Below, piece by piece: positions 9,857 to 19,085 of a stretch of 64,000 nt of DNA; position 1 is the first letter of the stretch, and every line of letters starts with the position of its first letter. The notes beneath the pieces were generated by a model. That model was not told the origin of the DNA and made no database searches. It saw only the letters and a program-made list of their open reading frames with translations. This DNA comes from an uncultured delta proteobacterium (GTDB lineage: Bacteria > Desulfobacterota > Syntrophia > Syntrophales > Smithellaceae), in the NCBI GenBank assembly GCA_963845095.1, contig CAWJQM010000006.1:2786-66785 (forward strand). The letters run 5' to 3'. The position numbers and the translations under genes are program-made.

Positions 9857-12800
9857 AGTTGTATCCAAGATTCACACAGTCAGCATTGATATGGAATCCG
9901 TGAAAAGACGCTATTTTATTGAGGGCGAATTAAGCAGCGCCGAAGTGCTGCGAATTCTGAAGGATCACGGAATCCGTTCGCGGCTCAAGAAACTCAAGAC
10001 AATTAATGAAATGCTGAAATATCCGACACCGCTCATCATCATATCTAAAGACCTGGAGTTTCATGTTCTGATCGGTAAAAAAGAAGATACAATTTATTTT
10101 TTTGACTGCAGAGAAAAAAAGACGCGCCACATAACAGTGTGTGATTTTGGCCGGATCTGGGGTGGCGAAGCGATAGCCGTCTATCCCCGTTTTACTAACA
10201 CGGAATTATTCCTCAATATGAAATGGCTGTTTAAGGAATTCTTCAAGCACAGGCAGGTTTTTACGGCCATCATTACAGCTTCATTTTTTGTTCAAATTTT
10301 CGGTCTGGTCACACCGCTTTTTATTCAGGTTATCATTGATAAAGTTCTGGCCCATCAAGCCCTGACAACGCTGGAGGTTGTTGCCGGCGCTTTTCTGATT
10401 ATTTTATTTTTTGATACTATTATGAATCTCATGCGCAACTACTTACTCTATCATACGGCTAATAAGGTCGATGCCGGCCTGGGGGCAAAGGTTTACCGTC
10501 ATCTCCTCTCTTTGCCCTTCCGATATTTTGAAGTAAGAAAAGTGGGCAATATTATTGCGCGCGTCCGTGAATTGGAAAATCTACGGCAATTCATGACCAA
10601 TATCTCGCTGACCGTTTTACTCGATACTGTTTTTTCCGTCGTGTTTATTGTTATCATGGCGGTTTATAGCGGGTATCTGACATTGATCGTTCTTGGCTTT
10701 GTTCTGGTAATTGCCCTGATTTCTTCTGTCGCCACCCCCATGATTAAAACGCGTCTGGATGAGAAGTTTCAGAAAGGTGCCGCCAATTATTCATTCCTGG
10801 TGGAATCAATAACCGGCATTCAAACAGTAAAGTCGCTGGCCATTGAAGGCAAGATGATTAAAGAGTGGGAAAAAAGCTTGGGCGATTACATTCTATCGGC
10901 ATTCAAGTTGTCAAATCTGGGAAATGTTGCTGTAACATCATCGCAAACTCTCCAGAAAACAATGTCTCTGGCGGTGATTTACTTCGGTGTCAGCCTTGTG
11001 TTCAATAAAAGCATGAGTGTCGGCCAACTAATTGCTTTCCAGATGTTTGCTTCGCAACTGAGCGGTCCGATTCTTCGCCTTGTGCATATGTGGCAGGATT
11101 TCCAACAGGCGAAACTATCACTGGATAGAATAGGAGATATCATCAATACACCACCGGAGGTCGCGGGCGGAGCAATCACTGTAAAACAATTGAAGGGAGA
11201 AATTGTTGCCGATAATGTTTCCTTTCGCTATGCGCCGGAAACTCCACTGGTTCTGGACAGTGTCAGCTTTAAGATCGGCGCGGGAATGATGATTGGAATT
11301 GTTGGTCGCAGCGGATCGGGGAAAAGTACCATAGCCAAACTAATCCAGCGACTTTACCTGCCGGTGGAAGGCACAATATTGATAGACGGTGTGGATATTC
11401 GACACATGGATCCTTTATTTCTCCGCTACCGTACCGGTGTTGTTTTACAGGAATGTTTTCTTTTCAGCGGTACAATTCGCGACAATATCGCCATGGCCGC
11501 TCCGGATGCCGATATGGAGAGGATTATCCAGGTCACTCGCATTGCGGGCGCACATGATTTCATCTCGCAGATGCCGATGGGCTACGATACCTATGTGGAA
11601 GAAAGAGGCTCTTCTTTATCCGGTGGCCAGAAACAGAGAATCGCCATTGCCCGGGCCTTAATTATGAATCCCAATGTGCTGATATTTGATGAAGCCACTA
11701 GCGCTTTGGATTATGAATCGGAAAAAATCATCCATCAAAATTTAAATTTAATCTGTCAGGGGAGAACGGTTATTTTCATTGCCCATCGCCTTGCCATTAT
11801 GCGTGATTGTGATCTGGTTATTGTTGTTGATAAGGGGAAAATAGTCGAGACAGGCACTCATGCATCTCTGGTGCGGCAAAATGGCTTTTATGCCTATCTA
11901 TCTAAACAGCAGGAGGAAAATCAGTCTTCGATGAAGAATGATTACCATGATTTTAAACCGATAATTACTGAGATCGAGGAGCAGCCCGTTAATCCGTTGG
12001 GTACGTATTTTTTATGGACGATTATTGCTATTATGATGTTGGCATTGCTGGGTTTGATCTTTGTAAAAATTGATGTGGTTGTTACCGCACGCGGTAAAAT
12101 TATTCCCATAGGTGATGTTAAGGTTATCCAGCCGCTGGAAACAGGCATAATTACAAAAATTCATGTCAAAGAAGGTGATTACGTTACAAAAGGAGCAATC
12201 TTATTGGAAATTGATCCATCTGTGGATACGGCTGACCTGGAAGGCCGGGAAAGAAATCTTAAATATTTGCAATTATCTATGGCCAGAATCAAGGCCGTAT
12301 TGGCCGAAAATAATTATGTGCCCGAACGCCATGAAAATTCTCCGGAAGTAATTCAAGTGCAAACAGCGCACTATGAGGCATTGCAGCAAGTTTATAAATC
12401 CACACTAAACGAAAAGGAAAACGAATACCAAGAAACGCAATGTGCATTGAAAGCCATAACGGAAGAAATTGCAGCAACCAATAAACTTTTGACCATTATT
12501 CTCGAAGATGAAGGACGGTACAGAGAACTTTTGGCCATCGGCGCTGTGGCGGGTAACCTCTACCGAGACAAAATGAAGGAAAGAATGAACCTGGAGCGGG
12601 AAATAGACACCAAAACAGGTCAGGCTGAGCAATTAGCCGTGAAATTAAACAGAATTAAAGACGAAATGAAAACATTTAAAAGCAACTTCCGGGAAAAACT
12701 TCTCTCCGAATATGCCACGCATTTCCAAAGCAGAAACTCGCTGAAAGCGGAAGTCAGCAGCCTGAAATTTAAACAGGGAAAAAGGTTTATAGTAGCGCCA

Positions 12801-13277
12801 GTTAACGGCTATATTCATTTGCTGCCGGTAAAGACAGTCGGTGCTGTTGTTACTACTGCCCAGCCCGTTGTCGGTATTGTACCGGAAAACACCCCGCTGG
12901 AAGTTAATGCCATCGTGATGAATAAGGATATCGGCTATGTCAGGGAAGGGCAGCAGTGTGTGATCAAGGTAGATACTTTTGATTTTCAGAAGTACGGAAC
13001 AATCGCCGGCATCGTGGAGGTTGTTAATCCTTACAGCATGGAAGGTGGTAAAGAGAAGGATAAAAGTGAAAGCAGCGATGCAGAAAATAAATCCGGCGGG
13101 TATCCGGTGCGGTTAAAAATGCAAGCGGAAACATTAATAACGAAAAGCGGTGATGTGCATAAGATAAAGCCGGGAATGTCGGTCATGGCCGAAGTGAACG
13201 TGGGTAAAAGGAGAGTAATTGAGTTTTTCCTTTTCCCTATTATTCGTTATCTGGATGAGGGTCTGAAAGTAAGATGA
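9822..13277 (+). CDS. single-ORF fusion of a HlyB-like T1SS ABC exporter (C39-like domain + TMD + NBD) and a HlyD-family membrane fusion protein
   Basis: The N-terminal ~130 aa form a C39-like fold without an N-terminal catalytic Cys. Six TM helices follow. The NBD has Walker A GRSGSGKST, signature LSGGQKQRIAIARAL, Walker B LIFDEATSALD and H-loop IAHRL. After ...NGFYAYLSKQQEENQSS the frame continues into MKNDYHDFKP..., one TM helix, VVTARGKIIPIGDVKVIQPLETGIITKIHVKEGDYV, a long coiled coil and a HlyD C-terminus (KPGMSVMAEVNVGKRRVIEFFLFPI). Confidence 0.85.
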   Translation: MSTMETGLVSIEVVSKIHTVSIDMESVKRRYFIEGELSSAEVLRILKDHGIRSRLKKLKTINEMLKYPTPLIIISKDLEFHVLIGKKEDTIYFFDCREKKTRHITVCDFGRIWGGEAIAVYPRFTNTELFLNMKWLFKEFFKHRQVFTAIITASFFVQIFGLVTPLFIQVIIDKVLAHQALTTLEVVAGAFLIILFFDTIMNLMRNYLLYHTANKVDAGLGAKVYRHLLSLPFRYFEVRKVGNIIARVRELENLRQFMTNISLTVLLDTVFSVVFIVIMAVYSGYLTLIVLGFVLVIALISSVATPMIKTRLDEKFQKGAANYSFLVESITGIQTVKSLAIEGKMIKEWEKSLGDYILSAFKLSNLGNVAVTSSQTLQKTMSLAVIYFGVSLVFNKSMSVGQLIAFQMFASQLSGPILRLVHMWQDFQQAKLSLDRIGDIINTPPEVAGGAITVKQLKGEIVADNVSFRYAPETPLVLDSVSFKIGAGMMIGIVGRSGSGKSTIAKLIQRLYLPVEGTILIDGVDIRHMDPLFLRYRTGVVLQECFLFSGTIRDNIAMAAPDADMERIIQVTRIAGAHDFISQMPMGYDTYVEERGSSLSGGQKQRIAIARALIMNPNVLIFDEATSALDYESEKIIHQNLNLICQGRTVIFIAHRLAIMRDCDLVIVVDKGKIVETGTHASLVRQNGFYAYLSKQQEENQSSMKNDYHDFKPIITEIEEQPVNPLGTYFLWTIIAIMMLALLGLIFVKIDVVVTARGKIIPIGDVKVIQPLETGIITKIHVKEGDYVTKGAILLEIDPSVDTADLEGRERNLKYLQLSMARIKAVLAENNYVPERHENSPEVIQVQTAHYEALQQVYKSTLNEKENEYQETQCALKAITEEIAATNKLLTIILEDEGRYRELLAIGAVAGNLYRDKMKERMNLEREIDTKTGQAEQLAVKLNRIKDEMKTFKSNFREKLLSEYATHFQSRNSLKAEVSSLKFKQGKRFIVAPVNGYIHLLPVKTVGAVVTTAQPVVGIVPENTPLEVNAIVMNKDIGYVREGQQCVIKVDTFDFQKYGTIAGIVEVVNPYSMEGGKEKDKSESSDAENKSGGYPVRLKMQAETLITKSGDVHKIKPGMSVMAEVNVGKRRVIEFFLFPIIRYLDEGLKVR

Positions 13278-13281
13278 ACTG

Positions 13282-14202
13282 TCAGCGAATGGCGTCTGCT
13301 GAAAACCCGGAGTTCTTTTTTGGTGGAAGCAGACTTATCGCCAGGATCAACCAAAGGGGAGTCGCACACAGGAACATGACAAAAAAGAGCGTTCCCGCGC
13401 CCTCGGTCAGGGCTAAAAAAGTATAATTGGCGGCGATCCAGGCCAGGACTAAAGCGGGAATGATATCCAGCCGGGATTTCCGCCGGAGATGGTCGCGCCG
13501 CCAAATGACGATTCCTGTTGCTGCTAAGACTGTCACTATGGCCCAGGCGCTCATAATTTCCAGCGACAACCTCAGCAGTCCGGGTGCCGCGGCGACAATC
13601 GCCGCACTGCAGGCGGCAGTCAGCCCCAGCGAGAGCGGGGCGACGCCGATAATAGTATAGAGTTTTCTCTGCCAGGAATTGTTCCTGTCCACTTCGGCGA
13701 TAGTCAGGAAACTAATGGGCTTTCTGCCCCCTTTCCAGGCAAAACCGTAAACAAGCAGATAGCTGATGGGTATAAAAAACCAGCCCACCATATTGAAGCT
13801 GGGGATGCCGAAGTAGGCGCCGCTATCCCTCCAGACCCAGATCCCGAAGCGGGTGGCAACGGGGTCCATGCCCCAATCCAGGCTCAGCGCGATTAAGGTG
13901 ACCGTCAGGATGCGCAATCCGGAGCCCAGGCGAAGCTTGTCGGCAATCAGGATTACGCTGTAGATGATGCCCACCCAGGCCAGACTTACCGACAGGGGGA
14001 CGACGCCCATATTGACAAATGGTTCCCGGGGATAGTGATAGAGACCGCTGTTCACGCCGCTTGCTTCCAATAATGTGCCGTAAATAAACAGGGTCAGCAG
14101 CAATAACATTCGCTGCGTGCGGTTTGCCTGGCCGTCCAGCAGGGCATGGAACAGTGCAAGCAGGAAAAGGATATAACCAACCAGCGTGGGCAGATATTCC
14201 AT
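13282..14202 (-). CDS. polytopic inner-membrane protein (8-9 predicted TM helices), function unknown; weak resemblance to the DUF422/carotenoid-biosynthesis-protein family
   Basis: 306-aa ORF that is hydrophobic throughout. It is convergent with the T1SS gene, 4 nt apart. GC content returns to the bulk value here. Confidence 0.6.
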   Translation of the reverse strand: MEYLPTLVGYILFLLALFHALLDGQANRTQRMLLLLTLFIYGTLLEASGVNSGLYHYPREPFVNMGVVPLSVSLAWVGIIYSVILIADKLRLGSGLRILTVTLIALSLDWGMDPVATRFGIWVWRDSGAYFGIPSFNMVGWFFIPISYLLVYGFAWKGGRKPISFLTIAEVDRNNSWQRKLYTIIGVAPLSLGLTAACSAAIVAAAPGLLRLSLEIMSAWAIVTVLAATGIVIWRRDHLRRKSRLDIIPALVLAWIAANYTFLALTEGAGTLFFVMFLCATPLWLILAISLLPPKKNSGFSADAIR

Positions 14203-14355
14203 AAATTTATCCCATCCTGATCATTGATAAACTAATACTTGCTGCCAGTTTATAGGCGTCCGGTCGCAGCAGGGCAGATTTTCTTATGCTTATAATGCAA
14301 TAATCACAGGAATACAATAGGGGCGCATTTTTTATAGAAAGGCGCCGTTTTGCAA

Positions 14356-16269
14356 TCAAGCGTCGATAGCGCCGACCATCAAGTCGCCGATTAGTTTGCC
14401 GAACCTGGACGGATTCTCCACTTTGCCGCCTTCGGAGATGACAGCCAGATCAAACAGAAGGTCCGTGTAGTCCTTCAAGATAAGGGCATTCTTGTCCTTC
14501 TCATAGACCGCCTTGATCTTGGCCAGCAGCGGATGGTCCATGTTGAGCTCCAGTACCCGCTTGGTCTTTGGAACGTCCTGGCCGCTGGCTTTGAGTATTT
14601 TCTCCATATAAGAGCTCATGTCATACGCATCTCCCGATAGACAGGATACGGAATCCTTCAGGTGGGTAGACGGTTTGACTTCCTTGACTTTCTCCTCCAG
14701 GCTGGTTTTGATAAAATCAAAAAGCACGCTGTATTCCTCTTGTTTCTTGTCGTCCACTTTGTCCAGATCAAGATCTCCCTTTTCGGCGCTCTTGAAAGTC
14801 TTTTTCTCGAATTCATGGAGATCCCGGATGACCCATTCGTCGATGGGGTCTGTCATGAGCAGGACTTCGATATCCTTTTCTTTGAGTCTTTCCAGGTGGG
14901 GGCTGTTCAATAGCGTGGTCAGGCTTTCGCCCGTAATATAGTAAATGTCCTTCTGGTCCGGCTTCATCCTGTTTACGTAATCGTTCAGCGACGAGTATTT
15001 CCCGTCGGAAGAGGTCGTCTTGTAACGCAGGAGCGATGCAATCTTATCCTTATTATCGAAGTCCTGGGAAATGCCGGCCTTGAAAATGTGGCCGAACTCT
15101 GCGTAGAATGTTTCGTATTTATCCTGTTCCAGGCCCGCCAAAAGATCCAGAATCTTCCTGACCAGATTTTTTTTGATGTTCCGGACGAGGGCATCCTGTT
15201 GGAGAATCTCCCGGCTGACATTCAGGTTGAGGTCCGGTGCATCAACGACGCCTTTGATGAAGGCCAGATACTGAGGCATGAGTTCCTTGCAGTTCTCCAT
15301 GATGAAGACTCGTTTGGAATAGAGCTGTATTCCGTGTTTCTGCTCATGGGTAAACAAATCAAAGGGAGCCTTGGAGGGGATGTAAAGAAGGGCATTGTAT
15401 TCCGTTGTCCCTTCGAGTTTCAGATGGAGATGGGTGAGAGGGGGATTCCAGTCGTGGCTGATGTGACGATAGAATTCGTTGTGTTCCTCTTCCGTGACCT
15501 CTTTTTTGTCCTTGGTCCAGATCGCCTTCATGGAGTTGAGGGTTTCTTCCCGGATGATCTTCCTGGTCTTGTCTTTCTCCGGTTTGCCGTCCGAGTCGAG
15601 CACCGGTTCCGTTCTCTCCACGTCCATAACGATGGGATAGGCGACGAAGTCGGAATGCTTCTTGACGATGCCGCGAATTGTCCATTCTTCAGTGAAATTT
15701 TCCTCGTCCTTTTCCGCTTTTTTCAGTTTCAGGAGGATTGTTGTTCCCCGGGTTTTCTTGTCCACAACTTCGATGGTATAAGAACCGTCGCCGGTGGATT
15801 CCCACTTTGTGCCCCGCTCGTGGCCGGCGGCTCTGGTGATCAGAGTTACTTTGTCGGCCACGATGAAGGCGCTGTAAAAGCCTACGCCGAACTGGCCGAT
15901 CAGTTCCGGCGCCACACTATTCTGCAGGCCGGCGTCACCGATTGTTTCCAGGAATCCCGCCGTACCGCTTTTCGCAATAGTGCCTATATTCTCGACTACT
16001 TCATCGTAGGTCATACCGATGCCGTTATCAGCAATTTCCAGGGTCCTCCTTTTTTTGTCCGCGGTAATCCGGATTTTCATTTCAGTATCGTCACCCAGAA
16101 GTTCTGGTTCTGTCTGTGCGGTGAAGCGGAGCTTGTCGAGGGCGTCCGACGCATTGGAAATTAATTCCCGCAGGAAAATTTCCCGATGGGAATAGAGAGA
16201 ATGGATGATGATGTTCATAAGCTGCTGGACTTCGGTCTTGAATTGATGGGTTTCTACTTTCCCTGTCAT
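14356..16269 (-). CDS. htpG: molecular chaperone HtpG (Hsp90 family)
   Basis: The N-terminus [40 protein letters not shown] is the Hsp90 GHKL signature. [11 protein letters not shown] is also present. The length of 637 aa fits. Confidence 0.97.
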   Translation of the reverse strand: MTGKVETHQFKTEVQQLMNIIIHSLYSHREIFLRELISNASDALDKLRFTAQTEPELLGDDTEMKIRITADKKRRTLEIADNGIGMTYDEVVENIGTIAKSGTAGFLETIGDAGLQNSVAPELIGQFGVGFYSAFIVADKVTLITRAAGHERGTKWESTGDGSYTIEVVDKKTRGTTILLKLKKAEKDEENFTEEWTIRGIVKKHSDFVAYPIVMDVERTEPVLDSDGKPEKDKTRKIIREETLNSMKAIWTKDKKEVTEEEHNEFYRHISHDWNPPLTHLHLKLEGTTEYNALLYIPSKAPFDLFTHEQKHGIQLYSKRVFIMENCKELMPQYLAFIKGVVDAPDLNLNVSREILQQDALVRNIKKNLVRKILDLLAGLEQDKYETFYAEFGHIFKAGISQDFDNKDKIASLLRYKTTSSDGKYSSLNDYVNRMKPDQKDIYYITGESLTTLLNSPHLERLKEKDIEVLLMTDPIDEWVIRDLHEFEKKTFKSAEKGDLDLDKVDDKKQEEYSVLFDFIKTSLEEKVKEVKPSTHLKDSVSCLSGDAYDMSSYMEKILKASGQDVPKTKRVLELNMDHPLLAKIKAVYEKDKNALILKDYTDLLFDLAVISEGGKVENPSRFGKLIGDLMVGAIDA

Positions 16270-16335
16270 AATGCCTCCGTATTTATGTCATTTAATTTAT
16301 TTAAGTGAAGGTGCAGATCAATAGCTGTTGCGGCG

Positions 16336-16365
16336 CTATAATGGCAATTAATTGGGGATTGTCAA
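16336..16365 (-). promoter_or_regulatory. possible sigma70-type promoter for htpG
   Basis: The minus strand reads TTGACA (16365-16360), an 18-nt spacer, then TTATAG (16341-16336), about 70 nt upstream of the htpG ATG. It is not a good sigma32 match. Confidence 0.25.
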
Positions 16366-16448
16366 GACGATAAAAAGGGCATGATAAAAAGGCCATGGAT
16401 ATTTGCAGTCAGCAATCTCATACGGAGAATATCTTTGATAAGCAGCAA

Positions 16449-16949
16449 TCAGATCATATACTTTTGTATCGCCGTATAGGCATGAAAGTCAGGGTCTACC
16501 AGAACTGCCCCAACCTCAACCGCCTCAGAGAATTCACAGACCCGTTGAGGATCGATTTGCACCTTAATCGGCCAGTTATAGTTGGGTAAGCGGAAGATGA
16601 TTATGAACTTGTCTTTTTCCTGTTCGCCATGGGGATGAACTTCCAGTTTCGTTCCTTTGGGGAGTGCAAATTTAATTCCAGCTATGGAAATGTCCTCGAT
16701 ATGAACAGCTTCAAAGTCGTGCCGCTGCCAACGGGGATCGCCGAGATAGGCGGGAATATCAACTTTCTTCCTATCCACCCGCCGGCGATTCTTCCTTCCC
16801 CCCGTAAACTCTTCATCGGCCTTAATATCACGATTAACAATAATATTGATAACTTCGGAGATGCTGAGATTTTCCTCAGCGGCAATTTTTTCGAGGGCAT
16901 TGCTGATTTCGGAAGTGGTTTGAAAGCAGACGGTTGTTTCTTTGTCCAT
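16449..16949 (-). CDS. PilZ-domain protein with an N-terminal ribbon-helix-helix-like segment
   Basis: GAGAGGA lies 8 nt upstream of ATG 16949. The PilZ motifs RRRVDRKKV (RxxxR) and EDISIAGIKF (DxSxxG) are present. The N-terminus EISNALEKIAAEENLSISEVINIIV resembles CopG/RHH. Confidence 0.6.
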   Translation of the reverse strand: MDKETTVCFQTTSEISNALEKIAAEENLSISEVINIIVNRDIKADEEFTGGRKNRRRVDRKKVDIPAYLGDPRWQRHDFEAVHIEDISIAGIKFALPKGTKLEVHPHGEQEKDKFIIIFRLPNYNWPIKVQIDPQRVCEFSEAVEVGAVLVDPDFHAYTAIQKYMI

Positions 16950-17278
16950 CTTTACTGATCCTCTCAAGGTTTATACAACTTTAGCAAAATTCATACCAAC
17001 TGTTTAACTAACTGATACCACAAGACATCCTTAAATACCAGGCCCATCAGAAAAAATAATTGTAAAATTGTTCGACAATCATCATTCCTTCCTTTTTACT
17101 CTATATATAACAATATCATTCTATTACAACCATCAAAGGAGCGTTCTGGCGACAATTTACGATTGTAAAGAATTCCGACACTGTTAAAATATTTTACAGT
17201 TAGAGACATTTAATAAACAAGTCATCTAAAGAAACTAAAAGGTTACCCGGATAATGCAATTTTTATCGGGGCATACCT

Positions 17279-17941
17279 TCATATTTCAACAACACATTCC
17301 TGTTTTTCACAAAAAACAAAGCTGTTGTTTCTGTGATCCCGTTCATCCAGCCCGATGCGCCGAAATATGTCGGCCCAGGTATTTAATGCTGCGTATTCGG
17401 CTACCAGTGGATTGTTGACCGGTTGCTTTTCCCATTCCGGATGATCCTGGACAAACTGGGCGTAAACATGCTCAGCATGGTCTTCGAACTCCGCATTAAA
17501 AAGAAACGCCCGGCGGGGGCTAAAGAAGGCTAGCGGCCGTGCAAAAAGTATGTATGACCAGACCATGCAATAAGTAATGAGCGGATAAAGATACCATGGA
17601 TCGCGGAGACCATCCTGCTTCATCTTCTCATTGATAACCAGCAGGTGCAGGTATTCATTATCCTGGGCATCTCTTGCCCAGGATACAATGCGGCATGATT
17701 GCTGTACCAACTCCTGGTTTTGATATTGTCTGGTCAGGCGCGCGTACTGCAGGGCTTCCCATCCCCGGTAAGGAATGCAGGCCAGTATTTCCAGCAATTT
17801 AGCTTTGGCGAGAGTAACTTTCCGGCCCGTGGCCAGGTCCATCGCCAGAAAAAAGAAACGCGCTGCCAACGAGTATTTATATCGCGGACGAGCCAGCGAA
17901 GCCTGTTGTTCCTTTTTTAAATCGATATCGATCTGAGTCAT
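17279..17941 (-). CDS. alternative oxidase (AOX/PTOX)-like di-iron carboxylate protein
   Basis: AAGGAGG lies 7 nt upstream of ATG 17941. Four-helix di-iron ligand pattern: LLEILACIPY (E), DNEYLHLL (ExxH, compare NERMHL), NAEFEDHAEHVY (ExxH... compare LEEEA..HY), GLDERDHRN (ExxH, compare RADE..HR). Confidence 0.5.
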   Translation of the reverse strand: MTQIDIDLKKEQQASLARPRYKYSLAARFFFLAMDLATGRKVTLAKAKLLEILACIPYRGWEALQYARLTRQYQNQELVQQSCRIVSWARDAQDNEYLHLLVINEKMKQDGLRDPWYLYPLITYCMVWSYILFARPLAFFSPRRAFLFNAEFEDHAEHVYAQFVQDHPEWEKQPVNNPLVAEYAALNTWADIFRRIGLDERDHRNNSFVFCEKQECVVEI

Positions 17942-18001
17942 ATATTGCCTCCTTGTTGCCGGTTGTTCCTGGAATTCAATTTTATACAAGTTGCTGTTTT
18001 C

Positions 18002-18409
18002 TCATTTCTCCCATTCAAAATAATTTATCATCCCGGCGGGAATCTGCCCTTTATCCACTTCAAATAATTCAATGAGAATATCATCAGGTGCCGGCACCAT
18101 TATATACCGCCAGAATCCGGCATCAGTAATGTTCTTGGTAAAAACTATCCCGCCGGCTTTCATTTTCGCAATGACGCCTTCAATATCATCCGTCTGGATT
18201 CCAAAATGATGGATGCTGCCGCGTCCCGAGAGCCTGGGGGGCTGATCATAAAAGTGGATTCGGCCTCTGCCGACTTTCATAAATACATTTCTGGCCCCGG
18301 CAAGATCCATATCCAGAACAACTTCCCCGTTAAAATAATCTTCATAAAATTTAATACTTCTATTGAGGTCAGCGGCAAACATGTGCACATGATGCAGATG
18401 ATTTCCCAT
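18002..18409 (-). CDS. VOC / glyoxalase-bleomycin-resistance family protein
   Basis: 135 aa. The N-terminus HLHHVHMFAADLNRSIKFYEDYFNGEVV and the internal HHFGIQTDDIEGVIAKMKAGG are typical VOC beta-alpha-beta-beta-beta modules. Confidence 0.8.
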   Translation of the reverse strand: MGNHLHHVHMFAADLNRSIKFYEDYFNGEVVLDMDLAGARNVFMKVGRGRIHFYDQPPRLSGRGSIHHFGIQTDDIEGVIAKMKAGGIVFTKNITDAGFWRYIMVPAPDDILIELFEVDKGQIPAGMINYFEWEK

Positions 18410-18809
18410 ATCGCTCTCCTTAACGTTTATTAAGGCCGATCAATCTCAGCAACAGCCTTTACTGTTTTACTTGCCCCTTCAACGTGTATTCTTCCGTTGT
18501 GACAGAAGGACACGAGAGGTGTCCGGTGGTTAATGCCATTGTGTGATTATTAATTTTTTTGATAACGAAAGCAACTTTTTTTCTGAGGCGAATGGCCTCA
18601 AAGGGAATTTTACGGAGGTGGTCGATTAAGAAGTATAATGATTCATAAAATAGATTTTGCCGAATAAAGAACGAATTCATCGAACAGTTTAAAAATAAAT
18701 ATCAGCATTTCAAAATACTTTTTCTTTGTGGGGCGGGCTATTACGATAGCTTTAGTGCGTCTATTGTGTGCGGAAATTATCATATAGTTCGGCTATGGAA
18801 GAAATATTC

Positions 18810-18837
18810 TTGACAGCAAAATATTTTTCCCTATAAT
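18810..18837 (+). promoter_or_regulatory. sigma70-type promoter upstream of the first Liv-type ABC operon
   Basis: TTGACA (18810-18815), a 16-nt spacer, then TATAAT (18832-18837). Both hexamers are perfect consensus. Confidence 0.5.
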
Positions 18838-19025
18838 CACAAAACCAAAATCTGTTTTTAGGCAAACCATATCTCCAAAGTACAAAGCAGCAAATAATAG
18901 TTCTACTTAGTATTAGGTGTCCGTGCACATAAAGAGCGTCTGCCAGGCGGAAATGTCGAAATGTACCAGCAGCGAACTACCCGTTAGGAAACGGGAGGGC
19001 TTTTCCATAAAGGCGGGATGTGATC

Positions 19026-19047
19026 AGCCACAGCAGTGGCTTGTTTT
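19026..19047 (+). terminator. short terminator-like hairpin inside the ~250-nt leader (possible attenuator)
   Basis: AGCCAC-agca-GTGGCT followed by TGTTTTG, about 50 nt before the permease start codon. Confidence 0.3.
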
Positions 19048-19085
19048 GTAAGTGTATAATATTATAGTTCTGAAATTTCTGTGAG

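Noticed and set aside
15088-16164. A 358-aa plus-strand ORF inside htpG.
   Set aside because: This is the same codon-aligned antisense phenomenon. htpG on the minus strand is unambiguous.
16336-16365. A sigma32 heat-shock promoter for htpG.
   Set aside because: CTTGACA resembles the sigma32 -35 element, but no CCCCATNT-like -10 element occurs at the required 13-15-nt spacing. Only a weak sigma70-type reading is reported.
18459-18680. A 73-aa minus-strand ORF upstream of the VOC gene.
   Set aside because: The sequence is AT-rich with no RBS and no recognisable domain. It lies where the VOC/AOX promoter region is expected.
18880-19060. Possible T-box or ZTP (pfl) riboswitch in the Liv leader, based on strings such as TTAGGTGTCCGTGC and, on the minus strand, CCGCCTGGCAG.
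   Set aside because: The conserved T-box core (GGTGGTACCGCG) and the ZTP pseudoknot partners are not present. The resemblance is only a few nucleotides. The region is kept as an unclassified structured-leader candidate.
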